Below are positions 27,096-40,612 of a stretch of 64,000 nucleotides of DNA, in pieces; position 1 is the first letter of the stretch, and each line of letters begins with the position of its first letter. The notes beneath the pieces are model-generated. The model had not been told where the DNA came from and did not search any database. It saw only the letters and a program-made list of their open reading frames with translations. The position numbers and the translations under genes are program-made. This DNA is from Cirrosporium novae-zelandiae (taxonomy: Eukaryota): the NCBI GenBank assembly GCA_026023565.1, contig JAPETS010000015.1:434001-498000 (forward strand), in the 5' to 3' direction.

Positions 27096-29996
27096 ATGGA
27101 GACTGATGGCAATGCCGACGAAAATCAAAAAGAATTACCACCTCCTATCTTTGCACAGGTAAAGTTTGGAATTATACGCAGTGATACTCTCATAGAGGAG
27201 GATGAAAAACAGGTTCATCAATACTTATTCAATGTTTGATGTCTACTAACCGCATAGTAGCTTCGTGACCTACTCGAAGAACATGGCGGAGAATGTGTTT
27301 CTCCTTCTCTCGAGACCGAGAAGCTCCCTCTCGAGGAGCTGACCCATATAATATCAACCACTTGGGATTTCGAGGATTACTATGCTGCAACCGATGCTTT
27401 AATTCCTGTCGTTAAACCAGCATGGGTCCACACATCTATAAAAAGGGAGAAAGCCATCAGCCCCAGACAGTTTAGCCCTGATCCAAAACATATTTTCTCA
27501 GATATGATTGTTAGCTGTGCAGATCTTCCCAGTGGAGACGTGGACGCTATCATGGGTGGTGTACTGGCTCTTGGTGGTCAATTCTCCAAGCATATAACTA
27601 AGCAAGTCACACATATTGTTGCTTTGACCGAGGATTCAGAGAAATGCAAGGCTATTCTTGCTAAAAAACTTAAATGCAAGATAGTATTGCCACATTGGTA
27701 AGTTTATGAGATTAGTCTAGTTCAATCATGAAATAATTTCTGCTAATCTTAATATCCTAGGTTCGATGATTGCTTAAAGCTTAGCAAGAAAATTAATGAA
27801 CGTCCATACCAGTTTCCGGATCCTGAAATAATGCGGAAGGGGCCTGAGGAACCTCTTCCAGCTACAGATACTACTTATCTTCATGGTGCAACTTCACCAC
27901 GACCATTCAAGCCGCCAACGCCCGATATATCCCCCGCTCCACATCGTCGCGATGGAGTAAAACTCTTTTCGCGTAAGCATGTCATGATATCAATGGATCT
28001 AGGCATTGGCCCTCACCTGCGGGCGACTATCGAGGATATGATTATCCAGCTTGGAGGTACAATGACCACAAGTGCATACAAAACAGATATCCTCATCTGC
28101 CATTACAGGGAGGGCCAAGACTACCTTATTGCTGCAAAAGATGGCAAAGACGTTGGCAATCTCTCATGGTTGTACCACCTTCTTACATATAATAAGTGGA
28201 CTTCTCCTATGCGGCGACTACTTCACTACCCCATAGCACGTAATGGCCTTCCTGGATTCCATGGCTCTCGTATAAGTCTTTCAAATTACAGTGGAGAAGC
28301 GCGCAATTACCTTCAAAATCTTATTGAAGCTGCTGGAGGAGAATGCACCAAGACCATGAGGCAAGATAATACACATTTAATTACGGCTCATGATTATAGC
28401 GAAAAGTGCACTGCAGCGAAAGAGTGGAACATCCACATGGTAAATCATCTTTGGCTGGAGGAAAGCTACTCCAAATGGCAAATCCAAAGTCTCAGCAACC
28501 AACGCTACACGACGTTCCCCCCCCGAACAAATCTAGGAGAATGTGTTGGTCAAACTCAAATCAATCGTCAAGCAATCGAGAAATATTTCATCAATTCCGC
28601 TGCCCCAATACCTAATCTGAATGACGAACTCAAAGCTATGAAGGATTTACCCCAGAGAATGCCGATGGCACAACGAGACAACAATGAGGCTCAATCCCCC
28701 AGTGTTCTCAAGCTCAAACGAGATTTTACCACAGCGTCAAATATCTCAACAACGCCCAAGTCCAACGGAAATATTTTCAAAACACCTACAGTTTCACGTT
28801 TCGTTTCAAATCAGGATGAGACTCCTGTCCCATCAACAGGTAGCAGCCGAAAGGCAAAAGATGTTGCTACAGCAAAGCTCCACGAATTAGCTCCTGACAT
28901 TGCGTTATTCCAGCAAGAGATGAAGAGGGTTGGAGGTGTTATTCATGGCGGAAGACCTCCAAAAGAGGATACTGGAGCTTCTAAAAAGCGACGATCTGTC
29001 GGTTGTGAGGAGAGCACTGATCAGGATGAGCGGGATTCAAAGAAACGGAAGAAGTCGGAGAAACCTATTATGAGATTGCTCGTATCCAGCTACCCCAAGT
29101 GGGTTGCGCAACCTAAAAAAGAGAAGGAGGATATGGTCAGTTTGCCTTTTCCACCTCCAGTCTATTCTATTATATTTCAAGTATGACATGAATTCTCATG
29201 CTAACTTGTTTAACAGCGCCATCTCCGTAACCTAGGCATTCTTCTAACCTCTGACCCTACCAAGTGCACCCATCTAGCTGCCCCACACATTGTTCGTACC
29301 CCAAAATTCGTTTGCGCCATTTCTTACTCTCCAATTATTCTTTCCGCTTCCTATATTGACGCTTGTGTCTCGACGAACTCATTCCTCCCACCTACCGACT
29401 ATCTCCTCTCTGACCCCGACATGGAGAAAAAACTTGATTTCAAATTAACCGAGGCATGCGAAAGAGCGAAGAATAATCAACACCAGTTGTTAAAAGATTT
29501 TGATATCTATATAGGGGAGAATATCCACGGGGGCTTCGAGACCTTTAAAAGCATTGTGATGGACAATGGGGGTAGGGCGTGGTTATACAAAGGAAGGTCT
29601 GCTATAGTTCCTCATGCTGCGAAATCTAGGAAGGGTAAAACCTCAAAGAAAGCCAAAGACAATAAATCTTCCAAACGCCATTCCGACGAAAAAGCCAAAT
29701 CTGCTTCTAGCTCAGCAGAAAGTGAGACTGAATCCGAAGGGGATCCTCTGTTGCACTCAGGCTCGGACGATGAGAGTAATGATGATAAACCTACATATAT
29801 TTACCTACTCAGTGGCGAGAAACCGAGCGAAAGATCGTTGTGGCCAAAATTCAAGCAGATGGTACAGAGGAATGGATACATTCCGCGGATTGTAAAGGCG
29901 GATTGGCTGCTTGATATGGCCATGGGACAAAGGGTTCGGCCGTGGGACGGACGGTTCGCTTGGGAGGATGGGGATGTAGATATGGAAAATTCATAA
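27096..29996 (+). CDS. Multi-BRCT DNA-damage scaffold protein (Rtt107/Brc1-like), 4 exons
   Basis: Repeated BRCT features: THII...PVVKPAWV, GGQFSK..THIV..IVLPHW|FDDC, GGECTK..THLI..NHLWLEES, CTHLAAPHIVRTPKF, IVKADWLLD. Confidence 0.87.
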
Positions 29997-30358
29997 AACT
30001 TGGCAGTGTTCTATCACTGTCAAGTTTTTTTCTTAGAGCAGAAAGGATCAATGAAAGGGATAGATCTCAAACATTGTATGGTTATCAGTGTTACGAATTC
30101 CTCGACTTTTGAGTGGAAAGTATGGCTTGATAGCCCTATCACCGGGGTCTTGCATGAAATCGGGGGTCATTGCGATGCTTGTTTTGCTGTTAGCGCTAGA
30201 GTTGATATCTTGAATTCGGATACGTATCTAGCAGAAACACATTCATAGTAAAAATAATTAAAATTAGAATTAGATAAATAATAGATTTTTAGTATCATGT
30301 ATTATTTTTAAGAATGCATGTGTTGTGTTATAAGTGTAAACTAGATTAATCGAAGTGT

Positions 30359-31062
30359 CTAGTAGAACTTCACGCCCTGCGAATCTTCTTCTCCGAAGAC
30401 CTGGGCCTTTCCTCTCTTTACGAGGACATTTAAGGATTTTTGAAGGAGTTCAGAGTCCATGCCGTGGAATTCTAATTTTGTGAACAGGGATGGTCAGCAG
30501 GAAGTCACTTATTTGGAATATACAGGAGGTAAGGACTGCAGATAGAAAGGAGTTTTACCTTGGGATATCGTAGCTTCTCCCTCAATTAGTTCGTACAACG
30601 TTAAAACCGTGTTCTTCTGTCCTGTTTCTTCGACCTAGAATATGAAGTGACATATCAGCAATGAATTTATTCCCCCTGTTCTCCCCATCAACCCCTACGT
30701 ACCCAGTCCCCGATAACCCCCGCCCATTCTTCCGGTGTCTTCCAATAAACCCACGCTCTCGACTTCCCCCCATCGCACCACTCGGCCCTCCCCTCTCCAA
30801 CCATCCACTCCACCACCTCCTGCGCCTCCTTCAGCCCTAGCCGTCTGCTGATATCTTTGTTCCACAAGAGCGGGGAATCGAGGGCGTCCACGAGGACGAG
30901 GCGGAAGAGGTGGTGGAAGCGATAGTACGATTGGATGAGGGTGGACCAGATGGAAAGTTGGGCCGAGCGTGTGGCAGGTACGGGCTGGAGAGTAAAGAAT
31001 GGCGGGAAAGAGTACTTTGAAGGGAAGGCGAAAGCTGGGGTGGTGATCGTGGCCGTTGTCAT
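30359..31062 (-). CDS. VPS25: ESCRT-II subunit Vps25, 3 exons
   Basis: FPSKYSFPPFFTLQP..TRSAQLSIWSTLI, WKTPEEWAGVIGDW|VEETGQKNTVLTLYEL, EFHGMD...GVKFY*. Confidence 0.94.
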
Positions 31063-31416
31063 GTTGATACTAGGAGCATAACTGAACCTTAGTAGGTTGT
31101 TACGGAGGATAGTATAGATATATTAACCGGTTAGCATATGTGGCGGCGATACCGTTACGAGCGCTATGTGAAAATGGTGATTATATTGTGAAAGAGCTAT
31201 GAAGGATTCGATACCGTAGCTTGAGATTCAGCCCTACAACAAATACATCAGGTCCCCCGCTTCCTTATCGATAACTTGAATAATTTTCCACTTCGTGTTT
31301 GCGACTCCAAGCTCTCATCATTTCTTTACAATTTCACTTCAAAAGCTCTCTCCTGTCCACCTCACCTCCTCCATTAACCTTTTCCATTCAATATCACAAA
31401 AATCAACACGATACCA

Positions 31417-32540
31417 ATGGGGAACCCAAACAAGCGCCTCAAGCGCGAAGCTTACCTGGCCTCTCAAATCTCAGACAAACAAGCAACCTCCCCCCCCCAG
31501 CTACCATCAACAACCCCCAAAAAGAACAAGAACAAAACCAAAACGGAGAATAGAGATATCCCCTCTCTCCCTCAAAAGAAATACTACCGCCAACGCGCAC
31601 ATGCGAATCCCTTCTCCGACCATCGTCTCTCCTAGTATACATCGTCCCCTTCTTGGAGTTCCAACCCCAGCGCTAACTTCGACGCAGTCCTACATGCCCG
31701 TCAGACATGGACTGGACATCTTACTTTCCCTCGCACACAACCCCATCCGGCAGCCTCACATCTCCCCTCCAGATCCTAGATATCGGATGTGGATTCGGAG
31801 GTTTACTGCTTCCGCTGTCGACCCTCTTCCCCCATCGGCTGATCCTCGGCCTCGAGCTAAGAAGCCAAGTCGTAGAATACGCATGGACTCGGATTCTGGC
31901 GCTGCGGGGGGGGGGGCAGATACAAGACTCGCCTGAAACACCCCAGAAAGAGCCTCAAGAACAATCACAATTGCCGGCCCAACCACAGCTAGAGCCACCC
32001 GCACAAATACAGGAAGACCTCATCCTTCCCTCACCCTCCTCCTCCATGCTTTACACCAATATCGCCGCCCTCCGCACAAATGCAATGAAGTATCTCCCCA
32101 ACTTCATCCACCGCGGCACACTCACCCACATTTTTATCTGTTTCCCGGATCCGCACTTCAAAGCGCGCAAACACAAGGCCAGGATTGTGACGAATACCTT
32201 ATGCTCCGAATACGCGTACCTCCTGCGTCCAGGGGGGATGGCGTGCACCATCACCGACGTGGAGGAGCTAGGCGGGTGGATGGCTGATAAGTTTAGAAAA
32301 CATCCACTGTTTGAAAAGGTGGAAGAAAGGGAATATGATGGGGATGGGGGGGACGAGGGAGAGGGAAAGGAAAATAGCCCAGCCCAAGGTGATGATAAAA
32401 ATAATGACGATGGGATGAAGGTCAGAGAATGTGTAGACATGATGCGCACCGCCACAGAGGAAAGTAAGAAAGTAACTCGTAACGGAGGCAAAATGTTCGT
32501 CTCGCTCTGGAGACGAAAACAGGATCCTGATTGGCCATAA
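31417..32540 (+). CDS. TRM8: tRNA (guanine-N7)-methyltransferase catalytic subunit, 2 exons
   Basis: LPQKKYYRQRAHANPFSDH, DIGCGFGGLL, LGLELR, LRTNAMKYLPNF, FPDPHFKARKHKARIV, TEESKKVTRNGG. Confidence 0.96.
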
Positions 32541-33063
32541 ATTTAAACTAACATTGAGGTACCTTTGAAACAAGGCATCAAAAGAACCAAAGAATACAAA
32601 TATATACACGTTACTGCAATACCCTTAGGCTAACAAATAGTCTTTGGAGGATAATTCACAATCAGTCTACCGCATCTATAGTCTCATACAATGTGAGAAA
32701 GGACATTCATTATCGTCAACTATCATAAACTATACTACCGAAGGACTTGGCCTTCAGTCTACCTAGGTCGTATGTTGAAACGAATCGATACAAAACACAA
32801 GTTGCAGAAATCTCCAATGGAGATGAAATCGTGTAAACTTAGGGATAGGTATAGGGGGAGGGGGAAAATAAACAACGCCCCAATTCGCTCATCATAATCA
32901 TCACAGCAAGTCCTTCGCTAAAAATTCTGTTCGTGTCGTTTTGCAAGATGTCTTGGGTATCCCTGTTTATCCTGTGTATCTAATAGAGGATGCCCGACTG
33001 ACTGAAAAAACCTAGAGAAGCGAGAAAAGAGAAAAGACCATTAAGGGGAAGTCGTACAGAGGA

Positions 33064-33222
33064 AACATCGACACTATTGTTCTGCACGATGGGGAAATCT
33101 TTTTATCGTTCTGGTTGACAAAGGCATTGAAAGACCGTTAACATCGACACTATTGTTCTGCACGATGGGGAAATCTTTTTATCGTTCTGGTTGACAAAGG
33201 CATTGAAAGACCGTTAACATCG
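33064..33222. repeat. Perfect 76-bp tandem duplication bounded by AACATCG
   Basis: Two identical 76-bp units; AACATCG at 33064, 33140 and 33216. Confidence 0.95.
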
Positions 33223-33335
33223 TTTTATAGTTTATGTATTTTTTTAGCCGATGTGAAGAAACCCGAGAGGAAAAAGAAATGGGTAGTGTACGGTGATCTA
33301 TGTTGTCGATTTGATGTAATCGACGCTGATTGGGG

Positions 33336-35196
33336 TCATATGGGAGCGAGTGCGCCCGAAGCATATGGATTTGCGTCGGTATAGTATGAAGGCCCACCGC
33401 TGAGATTTGGATCGGATCTCCCATAGTTGTCATAGTCGTAATAATTGTCATCGTGATGATATCGATATCCATTTGCACTTTGACTCCTTTTTCTTGATCT
33501 TGTTCTCGCCTTTTCCAAGCGCTTTTGTCGGTGTTCCTCGCACTTCTTGTTGAATTCATTGAACTCTTTCCTCTTCTCATTCATTTCTTTCCACTCACTA
33601 TAGGCACCTTTGATACCCAAAGCAGCAAGACCAACAGAAGCGGCATCTTGTAGCAAAGCTCTCGATCTCAACTTCCTTGCCTCCGCAGGACTCATTTTCC
33701 CCTCCCTGACTTTCTGCATCCGACGGTCTCGAGCCTCCATGCTGGAGTAAACGTTATGAGCGGCATGGATAGTGGCGACGGTCGCAAGGCCTGCGGTCAG
33801 GTATTCTTTGCGGTGCATCCGCTTTTTCGTGCGCTCTTCCTCAGAACTGTCGATATCGTCAGAAGAAGATGAACTGCTGGAGGAGCTGTTCCTTCTTTGT
33901 CTCTCGAAAGTTGGACTTGAGGCTCCATCCATCGACACGGGGCGACCTACATCCTGAGGGTATCCTCTATTCCTACTACCAGAGTATCCGTCATTCTCAT
34001 AGTGCACAGATCTAGATCGGTGCCTCCTGGATTTTCTATCTGGAGAAGAATCCTCCTTGTCCTTTAGGCCAAGCGCGGCCAACCCTTTGTTAATGACGCT
34101 ACGGCTGCGGCTTCGATGATGGCGACGACGGTCTGGGCTGGACGTATAGCTATCGTAGCTATCATAGCTTGGTGAGCGACGACGGCCTCTAGACTTGGAG
34201 CGAGCACGGTCAAGGAACTGCTTTCCAGCAGCAGCAATAACGCCGCCAGCTGCGAGATCCTTCAATCCACCCTTGCTCCGGCTACGGCTGCGAGACCGAC
34301 CGCCATGACGAGATCGGGAGCGGGATTCTCTTGGGCCGTTGACAAGGCGATTTGCTGCGAGGCCGCCAACCACTGATTCGATCAAATGGCGTTTACCGTG
34401 CTTTTCTGGATGGTTATCAACAAGGGTATCAACTCCGCCAGCACCAATGGCTGCAGTCAGTATGCGTTTTCCTTTTTCGCCGGTCCAGCCACCAGGTTCA
34501 TTTCGGGCCCTAAAGGCTTCAACCGCAGCAGCAGTCAGGGCGGCTTTTCCGGCTTGGATAAGTTTATCGTTGTCTCGATTTCGAGACCGCGAGCGAGAGT
34601 CATAGGAGTAGGAGCGATAGCGGCCTCCGCGACTACGGCTACGATAGCGATCGCGGCTTCGGCTTCGACTGCGATGTCCCGCTACAGCACCGACGAGGCC
34701 ACCGATACCAAGAGCCTCTGCGCCTTTTTCGAGAACAGATTTGCGACGTCTTGGTTTGGGCCTTGGGGAGGGAGAGTCGTATTCTGACTCGGAAGAATAG
34801 TACTCATGTCGTCCAGATCCTAGCAAATATCAGCTAACAAATTTGTGGACATGAAATATAGTTGAAAATACGTCTTAATCGATCGTCGTGGCGACGACGT
34901 CTTCCATAACCTCCATCAGGGCGTCGTCCATCCGCGTAGTATCGGTCATCATGGCCATACCGACCGCGATCAACAGAACGAGCACGTTCTCTCACACGGG
35001 TACTACGTTCGACATAGCGCTCACCAGGTGAAAATTCTCGTGGAATCTCTTCAACATCATCGTCGTCAGTACGAGTGCGGCGAATCAACTGAGTCTGCTC
35101 GCGCTCTCTATACTCGACGGGGTCACGGTCACGACGAGAGCGATGAGAGCGATGTCGGCGAGGAAGCTCATCTGTGTATTCCGAATACGTCGACAT
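33336..35196 (-). CDS. RS-rich DUF3824-like fungal protein, 2 exons
   Basis: QAGKAALTAAAVEAFRARNEPGGWTGEKGKRILTAAIGAGG, LTAGLATVATIHAAHNVYSSME and LQDAASVGLAALGIKGAYSEWKE; intron ~34820-34871. Family label is from recalled motifs. Confidence 0.8.
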
Positions 35197-36370
35197 TTTT
35201 TACCGAGTGCGGGATAAACTAGATGTTGTTGACTTTGAGGGGCTTCGGTCAAAGCTCTTGCCCTCAGGCTGGGTGGCAATCAGGAAGGTGGGGAACGACC
35301 AAGATGAGATTTCTAGGCGATCAGACTAGATTAGTCTGGGCTCGAGAAAGAGGAGTATGAAAATAAAAAGGTAATGGAGATGAACAAGTAATCGAATGAT
35401 AGACAATTCCGAGGTATGAGAGATATTGTGAGATGATTTAGGTTGAAGGTTGGATCGGGAAAGGAGAAGGTGGGGAAGTGCAGGTAAGACGTGATTAGCT
35501 TTACCTAGGATAGGAAGGATTCTGGTAAACTACAACCGAAGTAGGATACCACAATAAGTTAATGTCTGATAGCCTTCTAAAGAAAGGATTTGGTTGATGA
35601 TAGAGAAAGAGAAAGAGATATCGTCCAGGTAGGAGCAAAGAAAAGTTGTACAAGAAAAGATAATAAAAGTGAAGTTGCTGATGGGAAAATTGGGAACTTG
35701 GTAAAATGATGTCACAGTCAGACAGTCAAGATAGCCAGTCAGCCTCGTTGGTTAGATAGGTCAGTTGTGTATGGATGTTCCCTATGATTGCGACACGCAC
35801 AGGTAGGTCGGTAGGTGATTAATGTCTGCAGGTTGGAATCATGCCCAACAGAAGAACAGTTTTATTTTTCCATTTTTATTTTTATTTTCAGGGAGCTGGG
35901 GACTTGGAAGAGGGACTTAGGGGTCCACTGGGGGGTCCCTCACGGATCCTAGAGAGCCTCAAGCCTCAGTGCTCAGTGATCAAAAACGGCTGTCACCTGA
36001 AGAACTGTTTGAATTGTTTGAATTGTTTGGACTGAATGACTTGGCTCAGCTGAAGTCCTCAGTCGGTTACGGTTATTCAAGGAATTAGGGCCTCGCCGCA
36101 ATCTTCCGAATTTCAAAAAGTCTTTTTTGGGGGGGGGGAAGAGCGCGCTCGAGAGTGTTGTGAGAGAGAAGTTTCGGTCAATCTTTCGGTTTTGCCACAT
36201 GAAATCCCACCAACTTTTGCTTTTTCCTCTTTTTCCTTAGGCTCCTTTAGGCACCTTAGGCACATTTAAGATACACTTCATGCTTCACAGCCATGGGTGT
36301 TGGTCTTACTGAAAGGTTAATAACTTACCTCGCAGCTGGATACCCTTTCTGGATTCACCCATCAAGTCTT

Positions 36371-36404
36371 CAACCTTTCAACCTTTCAACCTTTCAACCT
36401 TTCA
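36371..36404. repeat. 8-bp tandem repeat (CAACCTTT)x4
   Basis: Read directly from sequence. Confidence 0.9.
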
Positions 36405-38739
36405 GCCTTCAGCCACCACACAGTTGACTGTTGAGGGACTTGCAATGTTGCATTTAATCATCCACGCCATCTCAATTTAAAAGATCTTACAGCTAAATAG
36501 TCTCTGCAGAAGTAGTACTGTACATAGACAAATGTAGCGTAGTAGTTGACTACAGTAGTTGGTTATCATTATGGTATGGCTCAGTCAACAAAGAACGAAG
36601 GAGAACGTCATGCGGCATTTCCCATCTGGACAAGTTATTAGACATCAGCACAGCACAGCACAGCAACATAGCATTAAAAGCGTTATTATTAGCATTATTA
36701 GCATTATTAGTAGCATATCCCCCCCTCTCCCCCTCCTTCCCTCAGCTGTGTGCTAGTTAAACCTGCCAACTTGCTACTTTAGCTATCGCCTATCCATCAT
36801 CTCACATCCTTGGAAGAAGAAAAAAAGCAAAGAAAAATAAAAGGGACAGAAAAATAAAATAAAAAAGGTCCCCAATAGATTTCAGACTTTAGTACTAATG
36901 TCATGTATCTTTTCAAAGTAATCCTGCGTAATCATGGATAGTCCTAGTAAATCTAACTAACCCCGCGGTAAAGGGCCGTTTCTCCCCCCCTCCTCCTCCA
37001 AAGAAAAGACCTTAGCATCTTAGCATCTGAGCACCTCAAGGGTTTATCCATCCTGTTTGCCCACCCCCATCTCCCCCTTCTTTTCCCAATAGCCAATCAG
37101 CCAAAATAAACCAAAACCAGCCTAACAGCTAGAGAAGAGCCACCACACTCAATTTGGTTCAAACATACCATCTTGCCCCAAAACCTTGATACCCTGCAGC
37201 TGCCACCGAAAGGTCACCAAGGCCTATCCTCCATCCGTCACGCCCCCAAAAAATAAAAAAGGTCCCACGGCTCATTCCCGACTTGCCCTGCTCCGGAAGC
37301 TGGGAAAGTAATGCAAGAGCAATATATTCCAAGATAAGGATAATAATATGCCGCTGACTGTACAAGGCCGAAGGAAATACAGCCTAGATGGTGAAACAAA
37401 GGGACTTGCTGACTACACAGACTACACATGCCAGACATGCCACCATTAAATCAAACTAGACTCTACCTCTTCCCTGGATCCGCTTCTGGGTCCGACGGAT
37501 CTTCACGGACCGTGGAGGTGAATTTACTCCTCTGCCACTTTGGAGCTTCTGACACCCACCACCACCACTCCCACTCTTCTGCAGTCTGGGCAATCCTAAT
37601 AATGCCTAACCAAAAGAGCTGGTCAAGGGATAACAACACGGCACTCAGGCCTTCTTCTTCACCTACTCCATGCCCTTTTTTGTTTGTGCAGGGATGCCAG
37701 GTCTAGAAGGAGGGCGTAAATACACTTCTCCGCAAATAAATCCGACTGATATTATGTGTTGTCGTTCATGGAGCAAGGAAGTTGATTGCTTTGACTGCTT
37801 CCAACAAAGCAAAAACTCTACGGTGCATCATCACGAGAGTCAATATCTGGGGGAAGTGAAGCATTTCGTAGGGCAGCAGGACGTTGGGAAACCGTTGCCC
37901 ATGGCACACACCAGAGAAGGTGAAGCCATCAAAAAGCAAATTTCGACAGCAGGGAGAGCCAAGACGCTGTCCAGCTGACCGGGTAGTTAAGATAGTTAAA
38001 GTAGCTAACAGATATCTGGGAAGAGTTAACAGTCGTTATAACACTTCCTACCCTATCCGGAGCTTTTTCTAGGAACAAGGGACTTTTCTCCTAATAAAGC
38101 AAAAGTCATTAATTAGAGGATATACTCCATTAAGAAGCTTCCCTTATTGCAAATACGAGGCATATCCTAGGGGTCGGTGTCGAACTTTCTCACCACCGCT
38201 ACTCTTCAGCGATATGAATTGAACCTATAGCAACTTGCGGATGGTCCCAGGAGTTTTTTAACTGAATCGATTAAATTCTACTAATAATTTTCGAGGCTCG
38301 TTTCTCGTCCCTCGTATGTATTGCCGGACGTCACTTTTGAATTCCTTAACCAAGCCCATTTGTGTATCCGTAAGCCACCAAGCACCATATCCTCCCATCG
38401 TAATGCTTTCCCTGTCCTGTAGCTTCCAGACACCCTCCCACCCGGGTTCAAGGCCATCCCCAAATTCCTCCAACCCAGCACCATAGAAAGATATTAACTC
38501 CAAAAAACCAACCCAGTCAAGTAATTTCCATAATCCAATGACGACAAGCGTCCATGTACACCGAGGGCGCCTGTCTAGGGGTATCTCGGTAGTTGTCAAA
38601 AAAAAGCACAAATCAGCAGAACCAGGATGCGACGTTTAAAACGCCGCCGTGAAAAGGGTATATGTAATAATGCAAAGAGAGAAGTAGACGCGCTTGGGAG
38701 TGCCACAATCGTTAGGACAAAAACTTTTATACTAGGAAA

Positions 38740-39663
38740 TCAATAATCAAATGCAAGACTGCTGGCCGCGTTTGCTAGTGTGTGTAGACCACCCGGCGTC
38801 GACGAAGCATCTGAATATGGCTCGAAGCCCACGCTGAGTTGGCCTATTGAGACATCGGTTTCCTCGGTGGCCTTTCTAGTCTTGCGCTTCTTCGTGTCGC
38901 CTTTGTCGCTCGAGGAACTTTCGCCCTTGCGATGGGTCCTCTCATGTTGCTTCATATTGTCTTTGCGAGTAAAGGCTTTCTTGCAAACAGGGCAAAGCAC
39001 GTTCTTCTCGCCTGTGTGTTTTTTGCTGTGGCGCGAAGCATGACCTGAGGTGGTAAAGGTCTCTTGACAACCATATTCCTTAGCATAAGGACATGGAAAT
39101 CGGGCCTTCTTGGGAGCGTGCTGTTGGTGCACCGACGAAGTGGTAGATTGAGGAGATTGTGGGGGTGGTTTGATCGTCTCAAGAGCAGGGGATAAGGTAG
39201 AGAAGTCAAGGCGTGGATCCAGCTCTTTGGGAGGACAAGGTGCCTGGAGCTGCGAGAAGCCGCGTTTTCGAGAGTCGTGGAAATGCTGGATGAACTCGTC
39301 CTCGGGTACAGGAATGCTGGGGATATTCGGAGGGTAAATGCCATACGAATTGACGGAAAAGGCATCTTGCATGGGTTCCGGATATGAAGGGGTAATGGGA
39401 GAGGGAGTGTTGATGGAACTATTGGAGGACATTGAATCGACTTGTGAAAGTGGAGGGGTTCCTATGGAATAGGTCGAAGGTGAATATGAGGATTGGTAAA
39501 AGGTGCTGCTGCTGGACACTGAGGCTTCAGAGTTATTTCGAGATTTGCGAGTCGGGATGTGAAAGTCGGAAGTGTCGCTTTGCAACAAAGAAACGATGCG
39601 CCCCGAGGAATCTCGTCCGTGAATTGCAGGCCGTCGGGGAAGAGGACTTCGTCTCCGGTCCAT
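38740..39663 (-). CDS. C2H2 zinc-finger transcription factor, CSP-1/Nrg1-like repressor
   Basis: Two fingers: FPCPYAKEYGCQETFTTSGHASRHSKKH-TGEK-CPVCKKAFTRKDNMKQHERTH. FTTSGHASRH and FTRxDNMKQH match my recollection of Neurospora CSP-1 / yeast Nrg1 fingers. First ATG at 39663. Confidence 0.85.
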   Translation of the reverse strand: MDRRRSPLPRRPAIHGRDSSGRIVSLLQSDTSDFHIPTRKSRNNSEASVSSSSTFYQSSYSPSTYSIGTPPLSQVDSMSSNSSINTPSPITPSYPEPMQDAFSVNSYGIYPPNIPSIPVPEDEFIQHFHDSRKRGFSQLQAPCPPKELDPRLDFSTLSPALETIKPPPQSPQSTTSSVHQQHAPKKARFPCPYAKEYGCQETFTTSGHASRHSKKHTGEKNVLCPVCKKAFTRKDNMKQHERTHRKGESSSSDKGDTKKRKTRKATEETDVSIGQLSVGFEPYSDASSTPGGLHTLANAASSLAFDY

Positions 39664-40577
39664 GTCGCGTTCACTCCACAAAGACCGGACTGGTCAATCT
39701 AAATATCCCAATCGCGTGGGATAATTAATTCTTCTGCACAAAAATAAATCGTTGCGCCTGTTCTTGGTGGTTGAGAAACGAGGGGTAGCAGTTTGGCTGG
39801 AAGGAGGGTTGTTGTTGTTTGAGGTGTATGTAGGTAGGTGTGTGTGTGTTTGTGTGGTAAGGTGGAAGAGACGAGGGACAAAGCTCTTAAATTCAAGATG
39901 TTTTTGATTTTATTCTTTTTCCCTTTTTTCTCTCTCTGTAGGTTGGGAATTAAAAGTAGATGTTCACAGTAAAGAGGGATTTTTTTTTTCAAGGGTCAAG
40001 GGCACGGTTAAGACTGCCTTGGAGCAGAATGTGAAGAGGGGAAACAGAAGGAGGAGGAGCTTATGTATTTCTGACGAGCACAGAATGTCAAGAGTATGTA
40101 AGTATGTAAGTAGGGTGGAAGTAGGGTGCAAGTAAGTAGTAGGGTACTAGGATACTAGGATACTAGGGATACTGGGGGCACTGGGGGTAGGAATGACTAC
40201 TGGGATACAGAGATATCGTCGTACCCATTACCTGCTACTTACATGGTGAACTAATACTTGCTACTTTTACTATTTGACTACTTGACTATTTTACCATTTT
40301 ACTACTTAACTACTGTTGGGCAACTCTAGGTAACTGGGCAAGCTGGGGTCCATCGGTTCCCTTAACCTTCCTTTACTATAGTAAGTAGAAGCCTTGCGGG
40401 GCGGGAAGTGGGAAGTGGGAAAGTAGGAAAGTAGGAAGTGGGAAGGAAAAAAGAGTTGGGCAACTTTGACTAACTCACAGGCCTTTTTGCGAGGATGAAC
40501 GAGATTTACAAATTACCATTGACCGGGTACCTTACTGTTAGAGATGATCTACTGGTTCACATATCATCAACCTTCCA

Positions 40578-40578
<1 letters not shown>

Positions 40579-40612
<34 letters not shown>
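40579..40612. repeat. (AG)n microsatellite, interrupted
   Basis: Read directly from sequence. Confidence 0.9.

Noticed and set aside
33064..33222. Repeat as a CRISPR-like array or transposon end
   Set aside because: Only two abutting copies with no spacers or terminal inverted repeats, in a eukaryotic context.
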